The notes below the pieces were generated by a model. It made no database searches and had not been told where the DNA came from. It saw nothing but the letters and a program-made list of their open reading frames with translations. DNA of 51,491 bases, the filler included, from Sphacelaria rigidula (lineage: Eukaryota): the NCBI GenBank assembly GCA_964200075.2. It is 2 parts of 2 records of this genome, joined end to end, with 100 filler letters (N's around TTAATTAATTAA, not from the genome) between each part and the next. Parts side by side here need not be neighbours in the genome. Positions count along the whole stretch, not along the records: positions 1 to 25,724 come from CAXNAA020000157.1; 1 more part is not named here. One strand, written 5' to 3'. Shown here one piece after another: positions 11,965 through 25,330 of this stretch (the stretch's first letter is position 1; each line of letters begins with the position of its first letter). The position numbers and the translations under genes were made by a program.

Positions 11965-14900
11965 AGTAGACAAACGACTTGCTAGATGCTCGATGCGTGA
12001 AGCCACATTTTTGTCGACATTTTTTCACCTGTGCATCCAGTGTGTTTTTAGGGACTTCGAGGGCTTTTTCGTTGCATTCGCGCACCGCCGCGTACGGCCG
12101 CGAAACGTCCATTGTTTCGAGAAATAGGGGAAAAAAGTACTCGCAGTTTTCCCATGGACCAATATTCACTTGAAGTTCCCCTGAAGGGGTCTGTGTGCAA
12201 AAGTCCTGTCGAAGGCTCCGGCAACCAGGGTCTACCAAGAGAAGCAGTAGGAACTGTTCGATTATCATTGTATTATGGTTGTCATCACGTGGCTGAGTCC
12301 TCGCCACCATCTAGGCTGTCGTTCAGTCGTATGGTGGCAGAAGTTCGCAGGAATTTTGTGTTCTCCTCAAGCGCATTTTTGTCTGTTCTGCATGACGCCG
12401 ATTTCTACATTTCTGTTGTCGCGTGCTTGTTCCCCAGGTCCATTGCATTCTAGTCAGGTTTTGCAATGGAAGGTTGCAGAAGTGAAGCGTTGATTCGGTT
12501 CAGTGAATTGTTTTGATGAAGGTCGCAGAGATCGCAGCAATTCACGTTATAGCTGTGCTCCTGTGGTCAATGGGTGTCCACGCGTGCATGAGGAGATTGT
12601 GGAAGGCTCTGTGTCATACATTGTTAACCGGGCTTGAGCGTGAACGTCATTCGCGTATGTGTAGTGGTTGAGTGTTCGAAGATTGATGTACAACGTTTCT
12701 GCCAACCGTGCTTGCTGATTGTAGGTTTGTCACATGCACCCAGATGGCGACACGGTACTCGCGAAGATTTGTAAGTGACGATGCTCACCCACGAGCGGTC
12801 AAATACACACTACAGGTGACGCCCACTCTACTACTACGTTACCGTTGTGTGAGGCGGGTCGCTAAAGCGGGTGGTCGTAAATTGACCTGCTGCGCAGATC
12901 ACGCCAAGTGCAGTTACAGAACGATCTCATCATCTCAGTCGGTGACTTGATCACGGTTGCGCCGAGTTTGTGTTAACGGAAGTCCACTCTCGCTCCAAAC
13001 ATGAGCCCAGTCCGCTCTTATCCACCACGGACTCTGTCCTGGCGTCTTCGCGAAGTGGTCCATCCATAGAATTGCGCAGTAGTGCCCAAATAGCAAGAGT
13101 CTACCTTACCAGTCTATGCTCACATCCGTCCGACGCGTTGCTTGACTCTGAGCATAGAACGGGGCCGCGAGAGGGAGGCAAGGAGGTGACGATGGGATGG
13201 CACAAGCTTTGGATATTTTAGCTGTAGCGCAAAGAGTGAAAATCGCGGTTACCCCAGTCAACACCGATGGCTGGCAAACTCAGCAACAGCAGCGAAATAC
13301 TGTCTGTAGTACTTGGGCATCTGCCGCGTATATAATCTGCATACTGTTCCAATTTCACGGAGTGAATTTAGTTTATGCTGCAGGTGAAAATTTGACTCAC
13401 CGGTTTTTTGCGACTCGTTTTGCGCTACATTTTTCCACTCTAAAACCCCTTTTGATTTCAGTTTTTGAGGGAAAACTTTGTCAAACAAAACCAAACGCAT
13501 CTTGCTCCAGGGGGGCACGTGGACACAGCAGTTGCTGCTGCCTACCTAGTATCATGTTCCAAATCGAAGTCTCGGGTGAGAACGCCCAGCGTGCAGCCGC
13601 TTGACGCAACCACTGCGTTCTGCCACGGACCCTTCCCCACGTATCCGACAAGGGGGCAACATCCCCGTACAGGCGGTAGCAATGCTAGCGGATCCTACGT
13701 CCTGACAATCTGGCAGCCGGGCAGGTGGTTATGGCAGTGTCCTTCTAGCTATATCAACTTACACTGCACTGGAGCAGAGTTTGAAGGTGAATATTTTGGC
13801 GATTGCCTCACCTGCAGTTCGCCGAGATGTTCCGGATTTTTTCACGATCTCACTGAGTAACATTTCATGTGGAAATGTACCATACCCTGCATTACTGTGT
13901 ATGTGGAAATGTACCAGACTCTGGACAAAGATTTCTACAGTCAGTACGAACACGATGTTAAGAGTGTACTGCGCACAGTGTGTTGCGTGTGTTGTCGTCC
14001 CATCTATTCTGGACGCCGGTCTCCACCTTTCGGTATATGTGGGTGCACCAGCCGGGGTCACACAGGAGGAAAGTCAACACAGGAGTTTGTTTTTGTGTGT
14101 TTAGTTTAGTTCTCCACCTTCCTTCTGCGGTGTTTCCCTCTCTTTTTTATCGCGAGAGGGGTTCAGCAGTCCCTTTCCCTCGTCGACCGTTAGGTCGAAT
14201 TTCTTGCGCAGTATAGAATATGTTGCCGACTGTAATTTGTGTAAAAACACTGCGTACTTGAAGGGGGGGTTGCTGTGACACGCGGGAGTGCTCCAGGGAG
14301 CAGAGAGGTTCATCACCTCATGGCACAGAAATAAAGAGGAGGCCAGGTGGCTACGTGCGATTGGACGGGAGACCAACGAAGCCCATATAACACAGCAACG
14401 ACGACGGTCCAGAGAAGGGGGGGGTGGGGGGTGAACCCCCTCCGATGAGGAGTGCCGTTATGTCATGCAGTGCTTATCTTGATACACCTTGTATGCTTGT
14501 ACGTATGGCTGTCCCTCGAGAGGTCGAAAGATGGAACCTTGCGATTCTTAGTCCTTTGGTTGGTGGTATTTGGGGCCTTGAGTCTCGCCCGTAGTCGGAC
14601 CCTATGTTCATTTCTACTTGGTCTCGCGCGTCGAGTTGGAAAGCCGGGTGCCACCCCCTGAAGTCCGAATGGCCACCTGCGGCACCGGATCTTCTGAGGT
14701 TAGTCATATGTATTCTCTTTCTTCTTTTTTAGTTATCCCTGTTTTGCTCGTATCGCGTTTTGTGAGTTTTAATCTAGGTCCATATTGTTTTTTATTTTTG
14801 TTTTATATTATGTGGAGGTCGTGAGACTCCCGGTGACGGTAGAAACCGTCGAAGGTGGCCGATGATTTCCCTCGGGTTATGTAGTCAAGGATTGACCGTA

Positions 14901-15282
14901 AGTCGTGGGATTGAGGCAAAGTGGATCACTAGGGAAAGCTCGACGAGCGCGAGCGAGTTAGCCCGGTGACGAAGTCTGAGAGTCTTGGTCAAGAGTGATC
15001 CCCAGGGATAGCCAGCAGTTCGCTGGGAATATCCCTGTTACCTTGGGGTCCCAGATCCGGCTGTACAGATACGGAAGTTTCGGAGCTCCTGCAAACTTAC
15101 CCGTGTAACAGCCTTTCACTAGGTTACACGTCATAAAAGGAAATCTCTCCGCACATGCCCAAATGGCGATCTCCACAATGACCTCATTTGAGGTCGTTAG
15201 CCTGTGGCCACGGAAGGCGTCCGCATTAGATGCCCAGTACGAATATTCCGCGCAGATATCGGAACGGTTTTTAATGTGAAGA

Positions 15283-15328
15283 CAACAACACCAACACCAA
15301 CACCAACACCAACAACAACAGCAGCAAC
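15283..15328. repeat. CAA/CACCAA microsatellite
   Basis: caacaacaccaacaccaacaccaacaccaacaacaacagcagcaac. Confidence 0.85.
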
Positions 15329-15499
15329 TTGAAGTCGGTAACTACAACGCTACACTTCGAGACAATAGTGTGTAAAAATCTCCACGGTGATGAATGTTAC
15401 AGGCGGCTTTCGCGCGATGGCGACTGCGTTACCATACAGCTTCGCCCAAAATATAGGCAGCCATTACAGCGGCGGGGGCGGAGGCGGGGTACAAGGCAA

Positions 15500-16121
15500 A
15501 AGTAACAGATGTGATAGAAATAAGGGGAAAAGGAGCGCTCAGACGCGAAGTAGACGAGGAAGAGTTCTAATACCCGGAGATATACGGGGGGTCGAGAGAG
15601 GGGATCGGGATGAAAACATATCTGCATGGCCCCATGGACGCGGCGAAAAATCTTGAACCGCGGTGTCGGGTGGGGGACCTACACTTGCCAGAAAAAAAAA
15701 AAGAGATATACCAGTAGTCGAAAGGAGGAGGAAGTAGGTGGACAAAATTGCCCCTGTGGCAAAGTAGTAGAGAGCAGAAGTCATATAGGGGCAGAATTTG
15801 AACTATAAAAGGAGGAATGAGACGTGCTGGAGGGGGAAATGCGGGACGTGAACGAAGATGGCATGGAATAATTTGATGCATTAGACAGTAGGGAAAAAGC
15901 GGTGGCTATACTAGGAGATAGATGGTGGCCACAGACAGCGAAACTGGACGGGGATAAGATATGTCAAAGGTTTTTGTGTGATGTATGGAAGAAACGTAAT
16001 GAGCGCCGGAGTGTTGGAGGTGACTCTACTAGGGGTAGGAACGGTGCTCCGTCTCGAAAGGGATGCGTGATCGATGGTCAAACGACTAAGGCAAGCAACA
16101 TATGAGTACGTCCCCCCCTCC
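15500..16121 (+). mobile_element. Degenerate 3' end of a non-LTR (LINE-like) retroelement
   Basis: Frameshifted or stopped reading frame: EIYGG..EGIGMKTYLHGPMD..RVGDL.LPE..KRYTSSR...CPCGKVVESRSHIGAE...AILGDRWWPQTAK...GAPSRKGCVIDGQTTKASN. It includes a C-x-C...H zinc-knuckle-like segment and a C-rich tail. Its last ~64 nt recur at 25825-25890. Confidence 0.7.
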
Positions 16122-16934
16122 CACGGCCCCAGAATGAGGTTTTGGCGACCTGGGGGGGGGGTGGTGCCGTCATTTCCCGATATGGGGTCCATCGGCCCGG
16201 CGTGCAGCTGCTTGGCGCTTGACGCTGTCTCCTGTCTGCCCGAGAAACAGCAGTTTGCAACTCATAGTCTGTGACATAACGGGAAGCAAGTCCTGCACGT
16301 GTACTTGAAAACAGGCATGGTAGTGGCTGGGACTAGTGCGGGACGACCTAGCGGCAATTTGCCGGGAAGGGGCTTGCACCTCAGCTCCGGCTTGCTGCGG
16401 GCCTTTACGAATGTAGGGCGACGGGGTTAACACGAACACGATATATGCTGCAATACAACTTTACGCTTCCGTGCAATAACACATTACCAGATCCCGGGTG
16501 CGTGCGGCAGACCTTCATTCTAGAGCCACGTCTAACAAGGGCCCAGCCGAGATCACTCCGGTTTCACCGCCGCAATTCAAGACCAACGTCACAGACGCCG
16601 AAAAAAGTTGAAATTGGAAACGCCCTGGGCACAGGGCAATCCATCTATCTATATGTATACATACACACACAGAGACAGACAACCTTATAGCAAAACGACA
16701 ACATGCCGAGGGCACAAGAATGTCATACAAGCCAGTCAACTACGCACGCACGTTGAGCTACAAAAATCCAAGACATCGTGACCATTTGCTCATACTTAGA
16801 GACATGTTTTCACCTCTCGAGGAGTATTACAATTTTCGGCTCGCATACCCGGGAAGAAATCAAACGATGGAGTTCCAGCCGTGCATACTGCAGTAAAAAC
16901 ACGGCCTGGGCGCCCAAGACGCACCACCTCACCC

Positions 16935-17366
16935 TCATCTCGCTGTGTCCTGAGTGTCACGTTGCTCCCTCCACGGTAGCAGGTTCCCCTCTCGCATAAA
17001 ACTGCTAGCTCGACTTCTAACAGCGGCTAAAGTCATCTCGGGTGTGAACAACGTCCTACCGACAGCGAAACTTGTCACGCCGGCGCTGGAAAACGTTTTC
17101 AAATCAGCAACTTCCACACCCCCTGCTACAATCACGGGTACGCTAGAAGAAACGTCAACAATTTTATGTACGGTAGTCGGGGGTATTGTGCACGCGGGGA
17201 ACACTTTTAAGATGTCGCCTCCGGCTGCAATAGCCGCGATTGCCTGGGCCTCAGTGGCCACCCCCGGTATGCTTAGCATTCCCCATTCCTTGGTGCGCCG
17301 AACTACAGCTGAATCCAAGGACATGCTGCTGACAAACTTTGCTCCGCACTTGAAGGCGGTATCCAC
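16935..17366 (-). CDS. Terminal exon of a KDPG/KDPGal (Eda/DgoA-like) class I aldolase; 5' exons unresolved, possibly a pseudogene
   Basis: Acceptor atag|GTG at 17366. Translation VDTAFKCGAKFVSS...VVRRTKEWGMLSIPGVATEAQAIAAIAAGGDILKVFPA...VPVIVAGGV...TFSSAGVTSFAVGRTLF matches the C-terminal two-thirds of the KDPG aldolase barrel, including the Schiff-base Lys in LKVFPA. A candidate upstream exon start (cag|G at 17551) gives CSEFTVTLDS, but no GAGTV motif was found. Confidence 0.75.
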   Translation of the reverse strand: MDTAFKCGAKFVSSMSLDSAVVRRTKEWGMLSIPGVATEAQAIAAIAAGGDILKVFPACTIPPTTVHKIVDVSSSVPVIVAGGVEVADLKTFSSAGVTSFAVGRTLFTPEMTLAAVRSRASSFMREGNLLPWREQRDTQDTAR

Positions 17367-20340
17367 CTATGTAGACCCCGTGGGGATGAAAAGACATAAC
17401 GAATGCGAGGGGTGGATGAAGTTGCACGTTACACAGTGGCTGGTAGTACGATTGCGGCAGGCGGGTCTGTTCATGCAAAGGCTGGTTGGTTGCAGATATT
17501 GTTATCCTTCGACTTGTAGACGAATCGAGGGTAACGGTAAATTCACTGCACCTGCGCACAACCAATTGTGAGGGCAATCTAATAAAAGCAACGGAGTCAG
17601 GAAGAAACCATATGGAGGCAAAAGCTCGCGCTTCCATCTTCTCTACACGGTCCTCACAGCGTTTTCTTGTGTCGTTCTGTGTAGGAAAGTCAGGTGTTTT
17701 CGGTGAGGGCTCATGCGGTTCGGGTGGCGTATCATGTGCTGATGTTGAAATGCTGAGCATCCACTCGTAGTTCGCGAGTTGCTTTGGAAGGACTCAATAC
17801 GTGTATTGTAGCTCACGACCACAAAAAGCATTTTCATCTAGGCAAGGTGAAATAGACATTTCAAATATTTAGCCTAGTAGTGGTACTAAAGATGTGAACT
17901 CTTCGGACAAGTTCCTGCCACCACTGTTTTTCGCGCAGATTTTGCGAAGTAGACACGTTGATTAGGCTCCGCAAACCGCGCACACCGGTTCCGAAGTTCG
18001 TATTGTCTATGAAGCATTCCTGTGATGAGCACGAGGCATGTCGAGGCTCTCTCGCTCGTGTTTAGATAGAAAACTGTGCCGGAGACGCGTGCGCGCCCGT
18101 ACATGCACGAGCAAATCAGACCTGACTTCTAACACGTACTGAAAGCAAGTCTACAATACAATTTGCCCCCATTCTATCAAAGAAGAATGACTGCTGGAAC
18201 TTATCTTCACCCAATTTTGCTTAGATATCCAACACATTCTCACTTGTCACTCGGAATTCTTCAAGCATCTCGATCGGGGATACGTGCTGTATCCGTACCC
18301 TGAAAGAGATGAAAAAAATTAGAGCGCTGTTATATGCTAAATCGCCATGCGCAAGCAGGGTTCTTGGATTCCTCTCCAGTGTGTTAGACTCGGACCGACC
18401 TTAGTGTCAACAAATTTACGAAATATAGATCTGGATATTCTACGGCAAGTCTTGAACGCGAGAAAAATAAGGGCGATCATAACCAAAAATATAGACCACC
18501 GTAATAGCATGTTGCCCTGGACCGCAAGCAAACTGCTTTCAATTTCCCGAGCTCTAGTAAGATCTTAACTCTCACCTGAAATCAAAACGTGAGCACTTTG
18601 ATTGAAAACATGTGATGAAGAACTTGAAATGTTGTGAGACATGTGGTGAAAAACGTACCATGTCGTAACAATATTGCGTGATCGTCAAAAAACGTCCGAA
18701 CGTTTCGAGATGCGAAGGAGTGTGTAACGATTCAGGGTACTGTATACGGCATCGCGTACACCGACAGATGGTTTGAGTTCACTAGAATACCAGATCCTTG
18801 ATCGAGTGTTAGTGTCGGATCCAAGTAGCACATGGAAATCGCTCAACTTTGATTTTGATTTCGCTTCCCACTCTGAGTATGGGTAGGGACCAGGAAAAGG
18901 TGAACATTGTCATGTTTGACCACTTCGGGGTACAGTGATCAGCGAGTTGTCTTCGCGGTGCATAGAAAATGTGGACTTGGCCCGATTTGAGAAGTTTGTG
19001 CCAACAGCACGCTGGGTTGAAAGTAAACAAGCGAGAGTGTGCATACGCTGGCGCACAGTTGCGGGTTATTCATCGGAGCTATCTTGTACACTAGCCTGGC
19101 CGAAAACGGCAAGGTTACTCTGTTCCTCCTTACCGTACTCGGGCGCTACCTTCACTTGGCCACGATTGTATACCCCATGGTGGACTTAATTGAAAGGGTA
19201 TACATGGAGAATTTCGTGTAAGACACCCCTGACTACTATACACTAACGAAGCCAAAAACTACGAGGTGTGCCTTTTATCTAGGTAGCGCCCTGTGAGTGC
19301 TGTCCAAGACACGCGGTCACCCACTCTATAGGTGACGATTTCTCGGGGATTGGGCTACGGGATAAATCTGTTCGGAAAGTTCTCAAAGAAGCGGGGAAAC
19401 AACGTGATCAAGCGTCCGATTCTCCGGAGCCTTACACTCGAGAAAAATCAAGGGTGCCTTGACGCCGCGGGTGATATATGCTGGACCCGTGGTAGCTATA
19501 AACTGTGCCGAGAGATATGCGCAGCATACGAACTAACTTACGGCACAACGCCGTCAGTAGGTTCGTCGTTTTCCCGGTGCAGTACAGTATCTTGACAGTA
19601 CCCGGCCATCCGACATTTATTGCCGCCGTTGGCACCTCACGAAACGGAGGTAAATGGCAGTTATTTGCAACGATGCTGATTCCTTTGCGCTGCATTTTTT
19701 ACTACGGGATCCTCTTATACTTTTCATCCTACATTATTCTAACCACACCACATTGTCATGATGGTACAGTACAGCAGCAGTCGATATTGGCTATGATCGT
19801 ACCTGCAGTGGGGTGGTCACAGATGATGCCCCAATGGTCATGCCCGGCAACTCCAATCTGCAACATTTAACGAGGACTTCTTCGAATCCCGGGGTATCTA
19901 CAGTGACTGATAGCATACGGAAGCCTGTCTTGTAAAGCCCGACAACTGTTTCTTCGCCCCTCTCCAGCTCTAAGCCACGCAGGACGGCAAGAGGCCATCT
20001 TACCGCCAGCGGCGGGGGCGTTTGACCAACATGATCTCGTCCCACTTTACAAGCGACGCATGTTCGCTTCAATCCAAGAATGACGAAGGTCCGAGCCACA
20101 TTCGGAAAAAATGCAAGGTATAACAGCAGTAGCTTGCCATGCCTTAGCATGAAAAACGTCCTGCTCACACTCCCGAACCTGACGGCAGGTAGTAGCGCGA
20201 GTGGTACGAGAGGTAGGTCGTCTACTTCGAAGCAGTTGATGTCAGCTGCCCAGGTGCGCGATCCAAAAAACATACATAATATGGTTATTTTCCAGGATGG
20301 AGACAGCTGCCCATAAACAGCATGGCACGACAAACTAGCC

Positions 20341-23300
20341 ATGGCTTTGAATTTGAATGTTGGAGTATTGGGTCATGTGGACTGCGGAAAAACCTCTCTG
20401 GTGAAGGCATTATCGTCAGTTCTATCTACGGCATCTCTTGACAAGAATCCGCAGGTGTGGTTCTGTTGCTGAGTGCTGTCAGCTGCCAGACAGCACAGAA
20501 TAGCAGCGCAATCTGTAGCGTAGAGTAGGCTTTTACGCGATTGTAGTGGCGCACCCATGTCACGGACGGCCGTTGCTATAGGAACAATATGTAGTAACGT
20601 ACAGGATAGGTAGCTAAGCACGCAATGCCGACAGTAGTTGCTGCGGCTGTTTCGTAAGTCTCCCCGCAGGACTACCACAGTCTAGGTGACGGAATATAGC
20701 ACCCCCCCGCGCGCGCGCCGCGATGAGCCTTGAACCTCGATACTCCAAAAGCGGTTGAATCAATCCAACGTATTTTTTCGCTGGAAAGCTGTGATTGTGA
20801 TATTGACGTGTTCGCAGTCTCTCGGGGATGTAGAAGATCAATCCTCCCGGACAAAGAGATTGAGTAGCACACCACCGGGGGTGTTGTACCCCGTCACCCA
20901 CGCCGTATTGTCTGTCCCCATGCTGAACGTTCCAGGTAGTGGAAGTTTCACTCTGCATTCTGTATTCAGCAATGGAGCTACGCACCATGTTACCCGCGGA
21001 TTTCGGTCGACTCCCATCGTCTCTGATATTCTGCAGTGCTCCCTCCTGTTTGAATAAATATGCCTGCAGTTGTTTTCGCCGTGTTGGCAGCTGTGACACA
21101 ATGTACGTACCAGCCAGCACAGTCTATTCCTCGCTCGCCCACTCAGTCCGTCTCCTACTCGGAGATTCATCCATGGTGATTATTTGTGCTGGATCGTTTG
21201 TTCGTATGTGCTGCTGTGCTGTGACTGCAAGTCGCGAGAGCGAGGAATAACTTTGGACCTGGGCTTCTCTGCTTTCACTGTCGCTGTTCCTGACCATCTA
21301 CCCAAAGACACGTACAGCAGTCTACAGTTTACCCTGGTGAGCACTCGTTTCCGTTATTTTGCTGGTGCTACAATTAGTATGGTAGTGTCACATGACTCGT
21401 GCAACTATTTTTTGGATAAATGAATCCTCGACTTGTCATGATTCTGCTGACGGTCCGTGCAATGTCTAGTGTTGGAGGCAAGGTTCTCGTCATGCCGTAT
21501 GGTGCATACAAAGCGACGGCTGATCTATCTCTTCCCTCGATACGCTTGGTCATCGACCACGGTCGCTCTGAATATATCATTTTTTGCCGATATCATGTCT
21601 TACTTTGAGCCCCGTCTAAACCCTGAGATCGCTTCTTATGGTCCGTAAAAAAGGTTTATCGGGAAACTGTCTCTTTGACTCTTCGGCGACGTTTTTTGCC
21701 CGAGAAAAAGACTAGACGGATTCTGACAGCTCGGGATGATCTGGTCTACTACCCGGGGAGTCTGGCACGCTCATCTGCAGCTATGTCATGTACACTACTA
21801 AGCAATGTCAAAGATGTAGTATTCCCTGTCTTGAAGGCCCCCCTCCCTCCCCCTTTTTTGCAGGTGGATTGTCCTGGGCATGCGTCTCTCATTCGCACCA
21901 TTATCGGCGGGGCGCAAATATTGGACATGATGCTATTGGTCGGTGAGGCGAAGATGTTAACATATTGCATTTTCGTCATTTTTCTTTTGGCATCAAGCAC
22001 AAGTACCCCGCTCAGCGTGTCCTCCCCGATGCCTTGCGGTCATTCGACTAGACCATCAAAGCTGGACGGATGATGAGTCAGTCGTCGTCATGCCTTAAAC
22101 GCCTGCCACTGGGCTCACTGATGTATTCTGACCCCCAACGCTGTATATTGATCGCCCGCGTCGCTCTAACTTGGCAGTTGACGTGAACAAAGGGATGCAG
22201 GCGCAAACCGTTGAATGCGTTGTGATCGCAGAGGCAGTAATGGCAAAGGATGATGGAAGCAACATTATTGTTGTGCTAAATAAGGTGGGCAAAATACACC
22301 ATCTGCCGCACACCCGCGGTGGATTCGCAAGTAGGCGCAATGCCCCTGGTTACTCGCACTTGCAATGAGAAAATTGCAGCCAGTTGGCGCTTTCACCCGG
22401 GGTCGCTTCACTTGGTGCATGTATATACAATCTGCCTGATACAATCCAGTATGTGACCGCGTTTCCCCTAATACTGGCTCTACACGGGAAGACGCTGCTC
22501 GAAATTATTTATGTGCTCATCACTTGGGCCTCAATACTCGAGCTTCACTGCACCCTTGGCAGATAGATTTGATTCCAGAGGCCGAGCGAGAGCAGAAGAT
22601 CGACCAGGCCAAGAGGGATATCACTGCACAGCTTGCGCGAACAAAGTGAGTTATTTGCTCCCGAGAGCACTACGTGTACCCTGCCGGCTGCCTGGGCCGA
22701 ACTTATCACTAACATATGTGCCTTAGTGAAGGCTTCTGTTGGGATGGCCGAACTTTTCGGTTGTACTCGGCCCAACGCTACCGGTATGTGTTTCAATACC
22801 TCCCGCTTCGCAGGTTATCTCGTGCTTCCATCGTGTGCTGTGCGGCGGTCGTGGGCGGTGAAAAAATCGCTGCTGCTGCGTCAAGACCTACCAAAGATCC
22901 AAAGCGCAAGGCTGAGAAAGGACGGGGTGGCCACGGACGGGATGCGATTACTGGCGGGAAATCAGGTCGATCGGCAGATCGGGAAAGCGATGGACAAATG
23001 ATTGACTACGAAACAGCGTCGGTTGGGGTCGCTGAGGTGGCGGCAGAGCTAACCCAGCGGGCACGGTTACCGGACAGGAGAGCCAAAGCGCCGCTCTATT
23101 TCGCTTTTGATCACTGTTTCTCCGTACGTGGAGTAGGGACGATTTTGACTGGAACCGTGCTGGCGGGAGAAGTGAAGGTGCGCCGTCGATGGGCGAGACA
23201 GACGGCAAATTGAGCGGAACGGTGGTTGTCGGGAACGGTAGCTCGTGTCAACGTTTTGAGTTCGTAACATATCTGATGCCGACTGATTTTGCCGGCGCAG

Positions 23301-24548
23301 GTGAATCAGTTCGTGGAACTCCCTGCCTTGCGGTTGCAGAAGAAGGTCAAGTCTATGCAGATGTTCCGCAAGCCGGTCACCGTCGCTAGGTAAGAAATTC
23401 GCCTCAAAGGGACTCGCCATCTCCCGGTGGTGTGGGGGTGAATATCTGCTCTCTTGCTGAAATGCAACAACGTGGGCCCCGCTGCGAATTATCCAGGGCA
23501 GGCGATCGCGTGGGGATATGCTTGAGCGGCCTCGATGCGAAGTTGCTGGAGCGAGGTGTTGCCGCTGCTCCTGGTTCTATACGGCCAGTCACTGCTGCAG
23601 TTGCCCTTGTTCGCAAGGTACGATGACACTGGGTCTTGATCAATATCTAACTCTAGAGGCGAAGGACTACTCTTTGCAAACATGCCCAATGTTTGTAAGC
23701 CTCAGCGGCTTGGGTTCACGCAGAAGTGCTCTGATACACTGCCGTTGTGTTTTCTGTTATTGGATCGTTCGCTGCAGGTGTCCGTGTTCAGTGGTCTCTG
23801 TCGCAGTGGTGCTTACTACCATGTGTCCTTGGGCCATGCCACCGCCATGGCCACGGTAACCTTCTTTGGGGCGGAGGAGCTGAAGAACGGGTGGCGGGCT
23901 CTGATCGAAGCGGACACCAAGAATAACCACTCGCTAGTGGCCGAAGGCTGGGAGGAAGTTTGGTCTCTGGATGACATGGCCAGCTTACCATTTCCTTGGG
24001 GCGCAGAATTTGCCCAGCAATCAGAGCTTCTTGGGCAAGCTCGAGTTAACTCCGAAGGCTCAGTGGCCCTTGGTCGTGGGCAATCAGAAGGTCACGCGAG
24101 CCCTCTTCAGTACTGTCTTCTACAATTCCACAGCCCCGTCATAACACCTCCAAGCAGCGTCGTGCTGGGTAGCAGGCTGGACAGTATGGCGTCGGGTGCC
24201 GGGAGCGGGAGCACCCATGCAGATAGCAGCGATTACTTGGCAGGCGCGGGCGAGGCAAACTGCCGGATTGCTTTTTATGGTCGTTTGGTGGGAGGAGCTG
24301 TCGACGACGGGAGCAAGCGCACAAGGCCATCTGATGCAGACGGGGGGCTCGGTTTTGGGACGGAGGCAGGTCAACTCAAGCTGTTCAACGAGAAGGTCAA
24401 GACGGGATGTGTTTTTCGTGTAGGAGGCGGAAGTGGAACGGCGGAGCGGGGCGTCGGTGAGGGCTCAACGCTTGAAGTGTACGGAAAGGATCTGTTCAAG
24501 AAGGAGACCAACATGTCACCATTTGTGGGTATGCTCGTGCAAACAGAG
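20341..24548 (+). CDS. EEFSEC: Selenocysteine-specific translation elongation factor (eEFSec/SelB), 3'-incomplete
   Basis: Exons 20341-20454, 21232-21336, 21864-21942, 22178-22284, 22563-22645, 22814-23177, 23301-23389, 23497-23617 and 23778-24548 give 611 codons in frame. Motifs: NVGVLGHVDCGKT, LSTASLDKNPQSRERGITLDLGFS, VDCPGHASLIRTIIGGAQILD, NKID, FDHCF, VKSMQMF, GDRVG, YHVSLGH, GSRLD, CRIAFYG, LFKKET. The exon with the end of domain 4 was not found before the gap. Confidence 0.95.
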
Positions 24549-25176
24549 GTAAGAAGTATGTCTTGCAGTTGTGCTCCGCATTGTGGTACTACTGCTCATT
24601 CTACGGCACAGTTGGGGGTGCGAATCGGGGGGGTGTTGGCCTCCGAAGTGTGTTCGGGCTGTTCGACAACATTTCTCCCACCATAGACATATCATTTTTT
24701 CTTCCGTTTTTCCGATATGTGTTGACTCGATTTTAGATTGCATCGTTTTGATGGGACGTGCATGAATCGAGGCTACGCCCTCCCTATTCTGAGGGTGCAG
24801 ACGTCTCCTCACCGCTGACAGAGAGGGAGCTATAACCTCTTTTATCGAACCATTTCAAAGCGTACCCTCAAAACCTCAAATATCAATCATTATCCGGTTT
24901 ATGACGTGAGCGCGTGCTGTGCGATGACAAGGAGGTCATAGGCCTGCATTGGCATGTAAAGCACACAACGCAATAAACCTTGAACGAATCGCACACGTCG
25001 CCGAGAAGCGTTGGTTAGGCGAAGTCGACACCTCGCAGGATGCTCGCGCCCAACCCGCTGGCCTCAATAAAACCACATGAAAAAAACATAGACGATAGGG
25101 GGCTAGAGGAAACGTCGGACGAGAGGTCTTGGCCGGAGTAACTGTGTCTTGCTACGTGCGTGTGTCCATATATTGT

Positions 25177-25330
25177 CTCCCCCTTGTCCAAAAAATAAAA
25201 TACAACCATCCATCCCCAAACAATCTGTCTTTCCCTTGTCCAAACTGGTGGGATATTCCTTCCCTTGTCCAAAAAATAAAATTCATGCAACCATCCACCC
25301 TCTATCAACCTTTAATTAATTAATTAATTC
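25177..25330. repeat. Short direct repeats (CCCTTGTCCAAAAAATAAAAT x2) followed by a (TAAT)n tract
   Basis: Copies near 25181 and 25262, a partial copy near 25233, and ttaattaattaattaatt at 25312-25329. Confidence 0.7.

Noticed and set aside
19791-20342. 183-aa minus-strand ORF diverging from the eEFSec start
   Set aside because: It shares the CCATGG palindrome with the eEFSec ATG and has no recognisable motif; likely a chance ORF.
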